Below are positions 53,411-63,628 of a stretch of 64,000 nucleotides of DNA, piece after piece; within the stretch, counting starts at the first letter, position 1; each line of letters opens with the position of its first letter. Location: contig NC_092374.1 of the NCBI RefSeq assembly GCF_030028105.1, forward strand, positions 60,577,377 to 60,641,376, given 5' to 3'. The notes beneath the pieces are model-generated. The model did no database searches and was not told the DNA's origin. It worked only from the letters and a program-made list of their open reading frames with translations. Both the position numbers and the translations under genes were made by a program. Source of the stretch: Mobula birostris. Taxonomy: Eukaryota.

Positions 53411-56148
53411 TCATAATGATTATGATACAGTTGGGATCACAGAGACATGGCTCCAGGGTGACCAGGGATGGGAGCTCAACGTTCAGGGATATTCAATATT
53501 CAGGAGGGATAGACATGAAGGAAGGGGAGGTGGGGTGGCATTGCTGGTTAAAGAAGAGATTAACACAATAGAAAGGAAGGACATAGGCCGGGAAGATGTG
53601 GAATCGATATGGGTAGAGCTGCGTAACACTAAGGGGCAGAAGATGCTGGTGGGAGTTGTGTACAGGCCACCTAACAGTAGTAGTGAGGTCGGAGATGGTA
53701 TTAAACAGGAAATTAGAAATGTGTGCAATAAAGGAACAGCAGTTATAATGGGTGACTTCAATCTACATGTAGATTGGGTGAACCAAATTGGTAAAGGTGC
53801 TGAGGAAGAGGATTTCTTGGAATGTATGCGGGATGGTTTTTTGAACCAACATGTCGAGGAACCAACTAGAGAGCAGGCTATTCTGGACTGGGTTTTGAGC
53901 AATGAGGAAGGGTTAATTAGCGATCTTGTCGTGAGAGGCCCCTTGGGTAAGAGTGACCATAATATGGTGGAATTCTTCATTAAGATGGAGAGTGACATAG
54001 TTAATTCAGAAACAAAGGTTCTGAACTTAGAGGGGTAACTTTGAAGGTATGAGACGTGAATTAGCTAAGATAGACTGGCACATGACACTTAAAGGATTGA
54101 CGGTGGATATGCAATGGCAAGCATTTAAAGGTTGCATGGATGAAGTGCAACAAATGTTCATCCCAGTTTGGCAAAAGAATAAATCAAGGAAGGTAGTGCA
54201 CCCATGGCTGACAAGAGAAATTAGGGATAGTATCAATTCCAAAGAAGAAGCATACAAATTAGCCAGAGAAAGTGGCTCACCTGAGGACTGGGAGAAATTC
54301 AGAGTTCAGCAGAGGAGGACAAAGGGCTTAATTAGGAAGGGGAAAAAAGATTATGAGAGAAAACTGGCAGGCAACATAAAAACGGACTGTAAAAGCTTTT
54401 ATAGATATGTAAAAAGGAAAAGACTGGTAAAGACAAATGTAGGTCCCCTGCAGACAGAAACAGGTGAATTGATTATGGGGAGCAAGGACATGGCAGACCA
54501 ATTGAATAATTACTTTGGTTCTGTCTTAACTAAGGAGGACATAAATAATCTTCCAGAAATAGTAGGGGACAGAGGGTCCAGTGAGATGGAGGAACTGAGC
54601 GAAATACATGTTAGTAGGGAAGTGGTGTTAGGTAAATTGAAGGGATTGAAGGCAGATAAATCCCCAGGGCCAGATGGTCTGCATCCCAGGGTGCTTAAGG
54701 AAGTAGCCCAAGAAATAGTGGATGCATTAGTGATAATTTTTCAAAACTCGTTAGATTCTGGACTAGTTCCTGAGGATTGGAGGGTGGCTAATGTAACTCC
54801 ACTTTTTAAAAAAGGAGGGAGAGAGAAACCGGGGAATTATAGACCGGTTGGCCTAACGTCGGTGGTGGGGAAACTGCTGGAGTCAGTTATCAAGGATGTG
54901 ATAACAGCACATTTGGAAAGCGGTGAAATGATCGGACAAAGTCAGCATGGATTTGTGAAAGGAAAATCATGTCTGACGAATCTCATAGAATTTTTTGAGG
55001 ATGTAACTAGTAGAGTGGATAGGGGAGAACCAGTGGATGTGGTATATTTGGATTTTCAGAAGGCTTTTGACAAGGTCCCACACAGGAGATTAGTGTGCAA
55101 ACTTAAAGCACACGGTATTGGGGGTAAGGTATTGGTGTGGGTGGAGAGTTGGTTAGCAGACAGGAAGCAAAGAGTGGGAATAAATGGGACCTTTTCAGAA
55201 TGGCAGGCGGTGACTAGTGGGGTACCGCAAGGCTCAGTGCTGGGACCCCAGTTGTTTACAATATATATTAATGACTTGGATGAGGGAATTAAATGCAGCA
55301 TCTCCAAGTTTGCGGATGACACGAAGCTGGGTGGCAGTGTTAGCTGTGAGGAGGATGCTAAGAGGATGCAGGGTGACTTGGATAGGTTGGGTGAGTGGGC
55401 AAATTCATGGCAGATGCAATTTAATGTGGATAAATGTGAAGTTATCCACTTTGGTGGCAAAAATAGGAAAACAGATTATTATCTGAATGGTGGTCGATTA
55501 GGAAAAGGGGAGGTGCAACGAGACCTGGGTGTCATTATACACCAGTCATTGAAAGTGGGCATGCAGGTACAGCAGGCGGTGAAAAAGGCAAATGGTATGC
55601 TGGCATTTATAGCGAGAGGATTTGAGTACAGGAGCAGGGAGGTACTACTGCAGTTGTACAAGGCCTTGGTGAGACCACACCTGGAGTATTGTGTGCAGTT
55701 TTGGTCCCCTAATCTGAGGAAAGACATCCTTGCCATAGAGGGAGTACAGAGAAGGTTCACCAGATTGATTCCTGGGATGGCAGGACTTTCATATGAAGAA
55801 AGACTGGATGAACTGGGCTTGTACTCCTTGGAATTTAGAAGATTGAGGGGGGATCTGATTGAAACGTATAAGATCCTAAAGAGATTGGACAGGCTAGATG
55901 CAGGAAGATTGTTCCCGATGTTGGGGAAGTCCAGAACGAGGGGTCATAGTTTGAGGATAGAGGGGAAGCCTTTTAGGACCGAGATTAGGAAAAACTTCTT
56001 CACACGGAGAGTGGTGAATCTGTGGAATTCTCTGCCACAGGAAACAGTTGAGGCCAGTTCATTGGCTATATTTAAGAGGGAGTTAGATATGGCCCTTGTG
56101 GCTACGGGGGTCAGGGGGTATGGAGGGAAGGCTGGGGCGGTGTTCTGA
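53411..56148 (+). pseudogene. CR1 ORF2 (AP endonuclease + reverse transcriptase) with a single frameshift at ~54030
   Basis: EN ORF 53397-54038 (GITETW, GGGVA, YRPP, MGDFN, LD, SDH) and an uninterrupted 699-aa ORF 54049-56148 (GPDG, NYRP, QHGF, DFQKAFD, GVPQGSVLGP, FADD). Confidence 0.92.
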
Positions 56149-56241
56149 GTTGGATGATCAGCCATGATCATAATAAATGGCGGTGCAGGCTCGAAGGGCC
56201 AAATGGCCTACTCCTGCACCTATTTTCTATGTTTCTATGTA
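53411..56241 (+). mobile_element. CR1 LINE 'B', young, 5'-truncated within EN, inserted in CR1 'A'
   Basis: Removing it restores host WVELRNGKDV|VTLMGVYYRPP; ATGTA occurs at both junctions (53406-53410 and 56237-56241); tail TTTTCTATGTTTCTATG. Confidence 0.93.
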
Positions 56242-56978
56242 GTAACACTTATGGGGGTGTATTATAGACCACCAAATGGAGGGGGGCAAGAATTGGAGGA
56301 GTAAATATGTAAGGAGATAGCAGATATTTGTAGTAAGCACAAGGCTGTGATTGTGGGAGATTTTAATTTTCCACACATAGACTGGGAAGCCCATACTGTA
56401 AAAGGGCTGAATGGTTTGGAGTTTGTAAGATGTGTGCAGGATAGTTTTTTGCAGCAATACATAGAGGTACCAACTAGAGAAGGGGCAGTGTTGGATCTCC
56501 TGTTAGGGAATGAGATAGGTCAGGTGACGGAGGTTTGTGTTCAGTGCTCACAGTGCCATTAGTTTCAATATAATTATGGAGAAGGATATGTCTGGACCCA
56601 GGGTTGAGATTTTTGATTGGAGAAAGGCTAACTTTGAGATGCAAAAGGATTTAGGAGGAGTGGATTGGGACAACTTGTTTTATGGGAAGAATGTAATAGA
56701 GAAATGGAGATCATTTAAAGGTGAAAGTTTGAGGGTACAGAATCTTTATGTTCCTGTTAGGTTGAAAAGAAAGGTTAGAAGTTTGAGGGAGCCATGGTTT
56801 TCAAGGGCTATTGGAAACTTGGTTCGGAAAAAGAGAGATATCTACAATAAATATAGGCAGCATGGAATAAATGAGGTGCTCAAGAAATATAAAGAATGCA
56901 AAAAGAGTCTTAAGAAAGAAATTAGGAAAGCTAAAAGAAGATATGAAGTTGCTTTGGCAAGTAAGGTGAAAATAAATC

Positions 56979-57190
56979 TGCAAACACGAGGAATTCTGCA
57001 GACACTGGAAATTCAAGCAACACACATCAAAGTTGCTGGTGAACGCAGCAGGCCGGGCAGTATCTCTAGGAAGAGGTATAGTCGACGTTTCGGGCCGAGA
57101 TCCTTCGTCAGCCCGAAACGTCGACTGTACCTCTTCCTAGAGATGCTGTCTGGCCTGCTGTGTTCACCAGCAACTTTGATGTGTGTTGCT
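56979..57190. mobile_element. Penelope-like fold-back (inverted terminal) insertion, 212 bp, with a 12-bp TSD
   Basis: Arms ~57012-57095 and 57111-57194 are near-perfect inverted repeats around a 15-bp spacer. TSD TGAAAATAAATC at 56967-56978 and 57191-57202. Confidence 0.85.
57080..57111 (-). ncRNA. Minimal type I hammerhead ribozyme core (Penelope-associated), 5' strand of stem I lost at the inversion junction
   Basis: The minus strand reads CUGACGA-A-GGAUCUCGGCCC-GAAA-C-GUC-GACU: both conserved boxes, a GUC triplet and a loopless palindromic ACGU stem III. Confidence 0.6.
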
Positions 57191-57538
57191 TGAAAATAAA
57201 TCCCAAGGGTTTCTAGTTATATTAATAGCAAAAGGATAGTGAGGGATAAAATTGGTCCCTTAGAGAATCAGAGTGGACAGCTATGTGTGGAGCCAAAAGA
57301 GATGGGGGAGATTCTGAACAATTTCTTTTCTTCAGTATTCACGAAGGAGAAGGATATTGAATTGTGTAAGATAAGGGAAACGGGTAGGGAAGTTATGGAA
57401 ACTATGATGATTAAAGAAGAGGAAGTACTGGTGCTTTTAAGGAATATAAAAGTGGCTAAGTCTCCGGGTCCTGACAGGATATTCCCTAGGACCTTGAGGG
57501 AAGTTAGTGTAGAAATAGCAGAGGCTCTGGCAGAAACA

Positions 57539-58960
57539 CAGGTTTCCCCCACCATCCGAAGGTAGAGTGTTCCGATGAAACGGTTTGTAAGCTGGAATGT
57601 CGTAAAGCGAAGAAGCAATTACTATTTATTTATATGGGAAAAATTTGTGAGCGTTCGCAGACCCAAAAGATAACCTATCAAATCATGCCAAATAACATAT
57701 AAAACCTAAAATAACAGTAACATATAGTAAAAGCAGGAATGATATGATAAATACACAGCCTATATAAAGTAGAAATGCTTTTCTATAATAATTGCCGCAC
57801 TGTTCTCCATAGTGAAAATCTCATGCAAGTGCTCTTACCAAAAGCACGGCGCAAACGCTCTCAGCAGAAACATTCTCTCCAGTAACCTTTAAGCTATGAA
57901 GCTGCCAAATCATACCAAATAACACAAAAATACACAGCCTATATAAAGTAGAAATAATGTATGTACAGTGAAGTATCACTTACTGGAATCGGGAAGACAG
58001 CGCCAAGCACACTGATGATGGTGTGTTAGGCTGAGTCATCGAAGGTTGAGGTGGTGCAGTGGTCCCCAACCTCCAGGCTGCCGACTGATACCGATCCGCA
58101 GAGAATGCAGCGATACAGTGGTAGTCGGGACGTACCCAGCACATCTTTAAGAAAAAAGCCGAAATAAACAAGCTAATTAATTAGGTGCCGCCCGGCACGT
58201 AAATGTTCAGAAGCGACGCAATCAGTAAACGCCTCTGATCTGGGCCGATAGTTACATGCGGAGCAGCACCTAATTAATTAGCTTGTTTATTTCGGCTTTT
58301 TTCTTAAAGATGTGTTGGGTTCCGTCCCAGCTACCGCTGCATTCTCCGCGGCAATGTACCGGTCCACAGCCTGGGGGGTTGGGGTGGTGGGACACTGAGG
58401 TATCATCTCATCGTCATCTGTTTCCATCAGGGCAGGCAGGTCATCTTCTTCACGTTCAGTTCCTGGACGACTTCACTTTCGGTCCATTCACCACTGCATT
58501 CAGTTTCGATTGTTATCCTTTCCCCTTCCAATTGCATCAGCTCTTCATCTATCAGTTCTTGGTCATGGGATGCCAAAACCTCTTCAACATCATCTTTGTC
58601 AACTTCCACAAGCCAAACTCACTTTGTCCTTACTTCGTTCACCACGATCGAAATGCTTAATTATGTCTAGTTTTACGCTAAGTGTAACACCCTTACGAGC
58701 TCTTTTAGCCTTTTCCAACACCATAGAACTCATCTCGCTAACAGCTGCTCACAGGAACGTGTTTAAGCAATGCCGGCTAGAATACTGTTCCGAATCTGGG
58801 GGAGGAGCAGTTGCTTGGGACGCATGCTGCTTTTTCCGCACACTGCCTTTTTTTGTAACAGTGAAAACACCTTCTGTTAGCGAAAAAAGGTAACTAATGT
58901 AGGTCTTTCGTAACAGCGAGGTTTTGTAAAGCGAACGTTTGAAAAGCGGGGGGACACCTG
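57539..58960 (-). mobile_element. Internally deleted Tigger/pogo-type DNA transposon
   Basis: TIRs CAGGTTTCCCCC / GGGGGACACCTG; TA at the right end and CA at the left. Removing it restores CR1 AE(I)FQM. The minus strand has an N-terminal KRARKGVTLSVKLDIIKHFDRGE (HTH) joined to a C-terminal EVDKDDVEEVLASHDQELIDEELMQLE, with no DDD domain. Confidence 0.82.
58057..58388. mobile_element. Palindromic hAT-like MITE inside the Tigger element
   Basis: Starts CAGTGGTCCCCAACC and ends GGGGTTGGGG. Long internal inverted repeat CACATCTTTAAGAAAAAAGCCGAAATAAACAAGCTAATTAATTAGGTGC (~58140-58188 vs ~58266-58314). Confidence 0.6.
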
Positions 58961-60704
58961 TATTTCAGATGTCATTAGAAACAGGGATGGTGCCGGAGAA
59001 TTGGCGTATTGCTCATGTTGTTCCATTGTTTAAAAAGGGTTTTAAGAGTAAACCTAGCAATTACCGGCCTGTGAGTTTGACGTCAGTGGTGGGTAAATTG
59101 GTGGAAAGTATTTTTAGAGATGGCATATATAATTATCTGGATAGACAGGGTCTGATTAGGAACAGTCAACATAGATTTGTGAGTGGAAGGTCATGTTTGA
59201 CAAATCTCATTGAATTTTTTGAAGAGGTTACTAGGAAAGTTGACGAGGGTAAAGCAGTGGATGTTGTCTATATGGGCTTCAGTAAGGCCTTTGACAAGGT
59301 TCCACACGGAAGGTTAGTCAGGAAGGTTCAATTGTTAGGTATTAATATTGAAGTAGACGCCAGAGAGTAATGGTGGACAACTGTTTGTCAGGTTGGAGGC
59401 CGGTGACTAGTGGTGTGCCTCAGGGATCTGTACTGGGTCCAATGTTGTTTGTCATATACATTAATGATCTGGATGATGGGGTGGTAAATTGGACGAGTAA
59501 GTATGCAGCTGATACCAAGATAGGTGGAGTTGTGGATAATGAAGTAGGTTTTCAAAGCTTGCAGAGAGATTTAGGCCAGTTAGAAGAGTGGGCTGAAAGA
59601 TGGCAGATGGAGTTTAATGCTGATATGTGTGAGGTGCTACATTTTGGTAGGACTAATCAAAATAGGACATACATGGTAAATGGTAGGGCATTGAAGAATG
59701 CAGTAGAACAGAGGAATCAAGGAATAATGGTGCATAGTTCCCTGAAGGTGGAATCTCATGTGGATAGGGTGGTGAAGAAAGCTTCTGGTATGCTGGCCTT
59801 TATAAATCAGAGCATTGAGTACAGGATTTGGGATGTAATGTTGAAAGTGTACAAGGCATTGGTGAGGCCAAATTTGGAGTATTGTGTTCAGTTTTGGTCA
59901 CCGAATTATAGGAAAGATGTCAACAAAATAGAGAGTACAGAGAAGGTTTACTGGAATGTTACCTGGCTTTCATCACCCAAGTTACAGAGAAAGGTTGAAC
60001 AAATTGGGTCTTTATTCTCTGGAACATAGAAGGTTGGGGGGGGGGGGAAGAGACTTGATAGAGGTATTTAAAATTATGAGGGGGATAGATAGAGTTGACG
60101 TGGATAGGCTTTTACCATTGAGAGTGGGGGAGACTCAAACAAGAGGACATGAGTTGAGAGTTAAAGGGCAAAAGTTTAGGGGTAACATGAGGGGGAACTT
60201 CTTTACTCAGAGAGTGGTAGCTGTGTGGAATGAGCTTCCAGCAGAAGTGGTTGAGGCAGGTTCGATGTTGTCGTTTAAAGTTAAGTTGGACAACTATATG
60301 GTCAGGAAAGGAATGGAGGGTTATGGGCTGAGTGCAGGTCAGTGGGGCTAGGTGAGAGTAAGAGTTCGGCACGGACTAGAAGGGCCAAGATGGCCTGTTT
60401 CCGTGCTATAATTGTTATATGGTTATAAAGACAAATACTTTTGAGTGAAAAAAATATCATTTCAGTTCTATCCTTCACATTGAGATTGTGATCCTAGTTC
60501 CAGACTCCTTAACCAGGAAAATCATTCTCCCCGTAGCAATAATAGAGCCCTTTTAAGTATTTTGTAGGTTTCACTGTCACCTCCTATTCTTAATTACTGA
60601 TATCTGTCAGAAATTAATGTCACTTATGCTACTCTCCAATCTAAAGGAACCATTCCAGAACTCACAGAATTTTGCAAGACAGCCAGAACACTTAACATTG
60701 TCAT

Positions 60705-61320
60705 AAAGTTCAATGTTAGCTTATTATCAAAGTGCATAAATGACATCAAATATTACCAGACTCATTTTCTTGTGGGCATATTCAATAAATCCAATACCAA
60801 TAACAGAATCAATGAAAGACCATAGCCAACAGGATGGACAACCCATGTGCAAAAGACAACAAACTGGGCAAATAGAGAAATAAATAATAAATAAGTAATA
60901 AATTATCAATAACATGAGATGAAGAGTCCTTGAAAGTGAGTCCATAGGTTCTGAGAATAGTTCAGTGACAGGGTGAGTGAAATTATCCTCTTTGGTTCAA
61001 GAGTCTGATTGTTGAGGGGTAATAACTGTTCCTGAACCTGGTGATGTGAGTCCTGTGGCTTCTTCCTGATGGCAGCAGCGAGAAGAAAGCGTGACCTGGA
61101 TAGTGAGGGGTCCATGATGATGGATGTTGCTTTCCTGCAACAACAGTCCATGTAGGTGTACTCAATAGTGGAGAGACCTTTACCCATGATGGACTGGGCC
61201 ACTGCCGCTACTTTTTGTAGGATTTTCCATACCAAGCTATGATGCAGCCAGTCAGTATACTCTCCACCACATATCAATAGAAGTTTGTCAAAGTTTTAGA
61301 TGTAATGCCGAATCTTCATA
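60705..61320 (-). mobile_element. Rex/Babar 3' fragment
   Basis: ORFs 60906-61277 and 60983-61165: KILQKV..VAQSIMGK.L.TIE, HAFFSLLPSGR...TRFRNSYYPSTIRLLN. Confidence 0.8.
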
Positions 61321-62689
61321 GCCAAATTGTGGGATTTAAGTTTTCAGGCCCACTAATTCCATAAGCAAAGATTTTCTACTAATATTAAACTTTCTCACTT
61401 GCACTAGACCATTATTTCTGGGAAGTTTGAGAAGACATACACAAAGTACTTATTTATTTGCTATTTCCTTTTTATGTCTTACAAATTCACAGACCTGTCC
61501 ATAAGAAACCCATAGCTACCATTATTAATCTTTCACTTTACACATACCTTCAGAGTTCCTGTAGGCAGGATTTATTTTTCTTGTTAGTTAACTCTTATTC
61601 TGTTTCTTGGTCACTCTTTGCTGAATTCTAAAGTACTCCCAGGAAGTTGAACTTCCTACCTGACTTGACAGTTTTCTGTAGATCATGCAGTCGGTGTCTA
61701 GTTTCTTCCATTTGCCATTTTCTGTCCCCTCGAATGACCACAGCTCACTGGATGCACAGGTGACTGCTGTTCATCAAATTATGGCATTCTGCAACTGTCA
61801 CTTCTTGTTTGCATGATCCCATATTAGGCACCCTCTTTCAGAATTAAGGTAAGGTGACAAAGGCAGAGACGCTCTAATTGTGGCATATGCCCCTTCAATT
61901 TTGTGTAGGTAAGCTTCAGAACAATGCAGTTTCAGATACTGACTTGACTTATCTTGCCAAGATATTGTTGAGAGGCACCAAATACCAAATCCAATCAATC
62001 TTAACAGATACTCATTTTAGTTTCTAGATACAAACTAAACTCCAATATGTATATCAATTACTGGAGTGATAGACAAGGCCTGAAGTAACATGCATTTACA
62101 AATTATTGAGGTACCACTTAACAGCAACTTTATTGCATGTGGAAATGAATACTCCGAAAGAACACTGCAAACAGGTTATCGGACTTGACCCCAGATCCAC
62201 TGGACAGAGCAAGAGAAAGAAAGTGTTTGGAAAGCAAAGATGGTGATTAAAACAGAAGTGATTTTAAGTCTTCAAGTTTCTAACATACAGCAACTTCATC
62301 TGGTACCATCTAATATAGCAAAAATATTCCTAACCCTTCATAGGAATAATATCAAACAAAACAATTGATGTCCAGACACACAGGATTACCAAAGGCTTAG
62401 TCAGAGGTAGATTTTAAGGTGTGTCCCAAAGCTAGGAACAAAAGGGAAGTTCACAGAAGGAATTGCAGAGTTTAAATTTCGCAAGCAGTTGAGGTTGGGC
62501 TGAAATCAGGATCGCCCATAGTAATTATACTCCGAGATGCAGAAGTAACCAGAATTATACTTGCAGATATCTCAGAACTATTAAGATGAAGGTTTTAAGA
62601 GAAGTATGACTAGGCTGTGGAGAATTTGGAAACAAGGATGGAACATTTATATAACTGCTTCAGAAGTCCCAAGATATAGGTGAATGTGA

Positions 62690-63080
62690 CTGGTGCAGAT
62701 TAAGACATGGGTTGAACTTAGCAGGGACTGGAGAGACAGGAACTAAGGGATGACATAGAGATTTAGAAAATCATGGGAGTACACATAAGGTGCCTGGTCA
62801 CAGTCTTTTGTCCAGTGTAGGAGTCGAAGACTAGAGGGCATAGGTCTAAGACGAGAGTGGAAAGATTTAGGGGACCTGAGGAGCACGCTTTTCCACACCG
62901 AGGGTCATGGTTATATGGAACAAGCTGCCCAAGGAAGTGGTACAGGCAGGTGCAATTATATAAAAAAAATTAAAAAGTATTTGCACAGGTTCATGTATAT
63001 ATGAAAGCTATAGTGAATGCAGGCTAAATTGCAGCCAAATGGTACTGGCTCTGGAAGGCACCTTAGTAGGTGTGGACAAA
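62690..63080 (+). mobile_element. CR1 3' fragment, degenerate
   Basis: AGACTAGAGGGCATAGGTCTAAG...GATTTAGGGGACCTGAGGAGCA..TTTTCCACACCGAGGGT...TGGAACAAGCTGCC. Confidence 0.7.
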
Positions 63081-63087
63081 TTTGAAG

Positions 63088-63395
63088 TAATACGCACAAA
63101 ATGCTGAAGGAACTCAGCAGATCAGGCAGCATCTATGGATATTAACAATCAATCGACTTTCAGCAGAGACCCTTCTTCAGGACTGGAAAGGATGGGAAAA
63201 CGCCAGAAGAAAAAGTTGGGGGGGGGGGGGAGGAGAAGGAGGATAGCTAGAAGGTGATAGGTGAAACCAAATGGATGGGAAAGGTAAAGAGCTGAAGGAA
63301 AAATCTGATAGGAGAAGAGAGTGGATCATAGGAGAAGGGGACCCGGGGGAAGATTATAGACAGGTCAAGAGTTTGGTAGAAGAGGTAAGTAGGTG
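63088..63395 (-). mobile_element. Penelope-like terminus with a hammerhead motif and a purine-rich spacer
   Basis: ACGCACAAAATGCTGAAGGAACTCAGCAG.TCAGGCAGCATCTATGG...; the minus strand at 63151-63184 reads AGUC-CUGAAGA-AGGGUCUCUGCU-GAAA-GUC-GAUU. Confidence 0.7.
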
Positions 63396-63620
63396 AGAAG
63401 AATTTGACCAAAGGACCCGTTTCTGTGCTGTTTATGAAGAAACAGCAAAGAAACAACACAATGTATTCAGAGTAAATTCACTTTATAATCAAAGCCAAGT
63501 GAATACATATTGGAAATGGGAAGATTTCCAAGGCAACAGTGGAGAGATGGAAGAGTTGAAATATTGGGATTGCTCATTCAGGGTTGGGGGACGGTCTACG
63601 ATTAAACGTGTTGTGAATTT

Positions 63621-63628
63621 CCCTACCT
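63621..63628 (-). promoter_or_regulatory. 5' splice donor AG|GTAGGG
   Basis: The minus strand reads ...AGG ACC AG|GTAGGGAAA at the position where vertebrate ABHD17 genes have an intron after ALRTR. Confidence 0.85.

Larger units (their letters stand above)
52712..60427 (+). mobile_element. Near full-length CR1 LINE 'A' (end of ORF1 plus ORF2), split into four pieces by nested insertions
   Basis: 52712-52988 is the C-terminus of an SGNH-esterase-type ORF1 (ISGLLPVP...N.WL..WC...GF.F...W......LFRQDGL.LN.RG). EN begins at ~53110 (NARSI..K.DEL...YDVVA..ETW) and resumes at 56242 (VTLMGVYYRPP, VGDFNFP), 57203 and 58963 (RT motifs). Tail ATTGTTATATGGTTATA. Confidence 0.9.
1..63626 (-). other. Probable single large intron of abhd17b (>63 kb)
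   Basis: Lies downstream of the donor. The expected next exon (YG..PE..I.YGQSIGTVP...YCFDAFP) was not found by eye or in the ORF track. The region is AT-rich and dominated by repeats. Confidence 0.6.

Noticed and set aside
53397-54038. Novel stand-alone endonuclease gene starting MGKMYH
   Set aside because: The start is an artefact of the CR1-A/CR1-B junction; the rest is CR1 ORF2 EN separated from RT by a frameshift.
53483-56171. Antisense ORFs over CR1 (e.g. 53483-53998, 55056-55460)
   Set aside because: Shadow frames opposite a conserved RT/EN coding strand, with no independent evidence.
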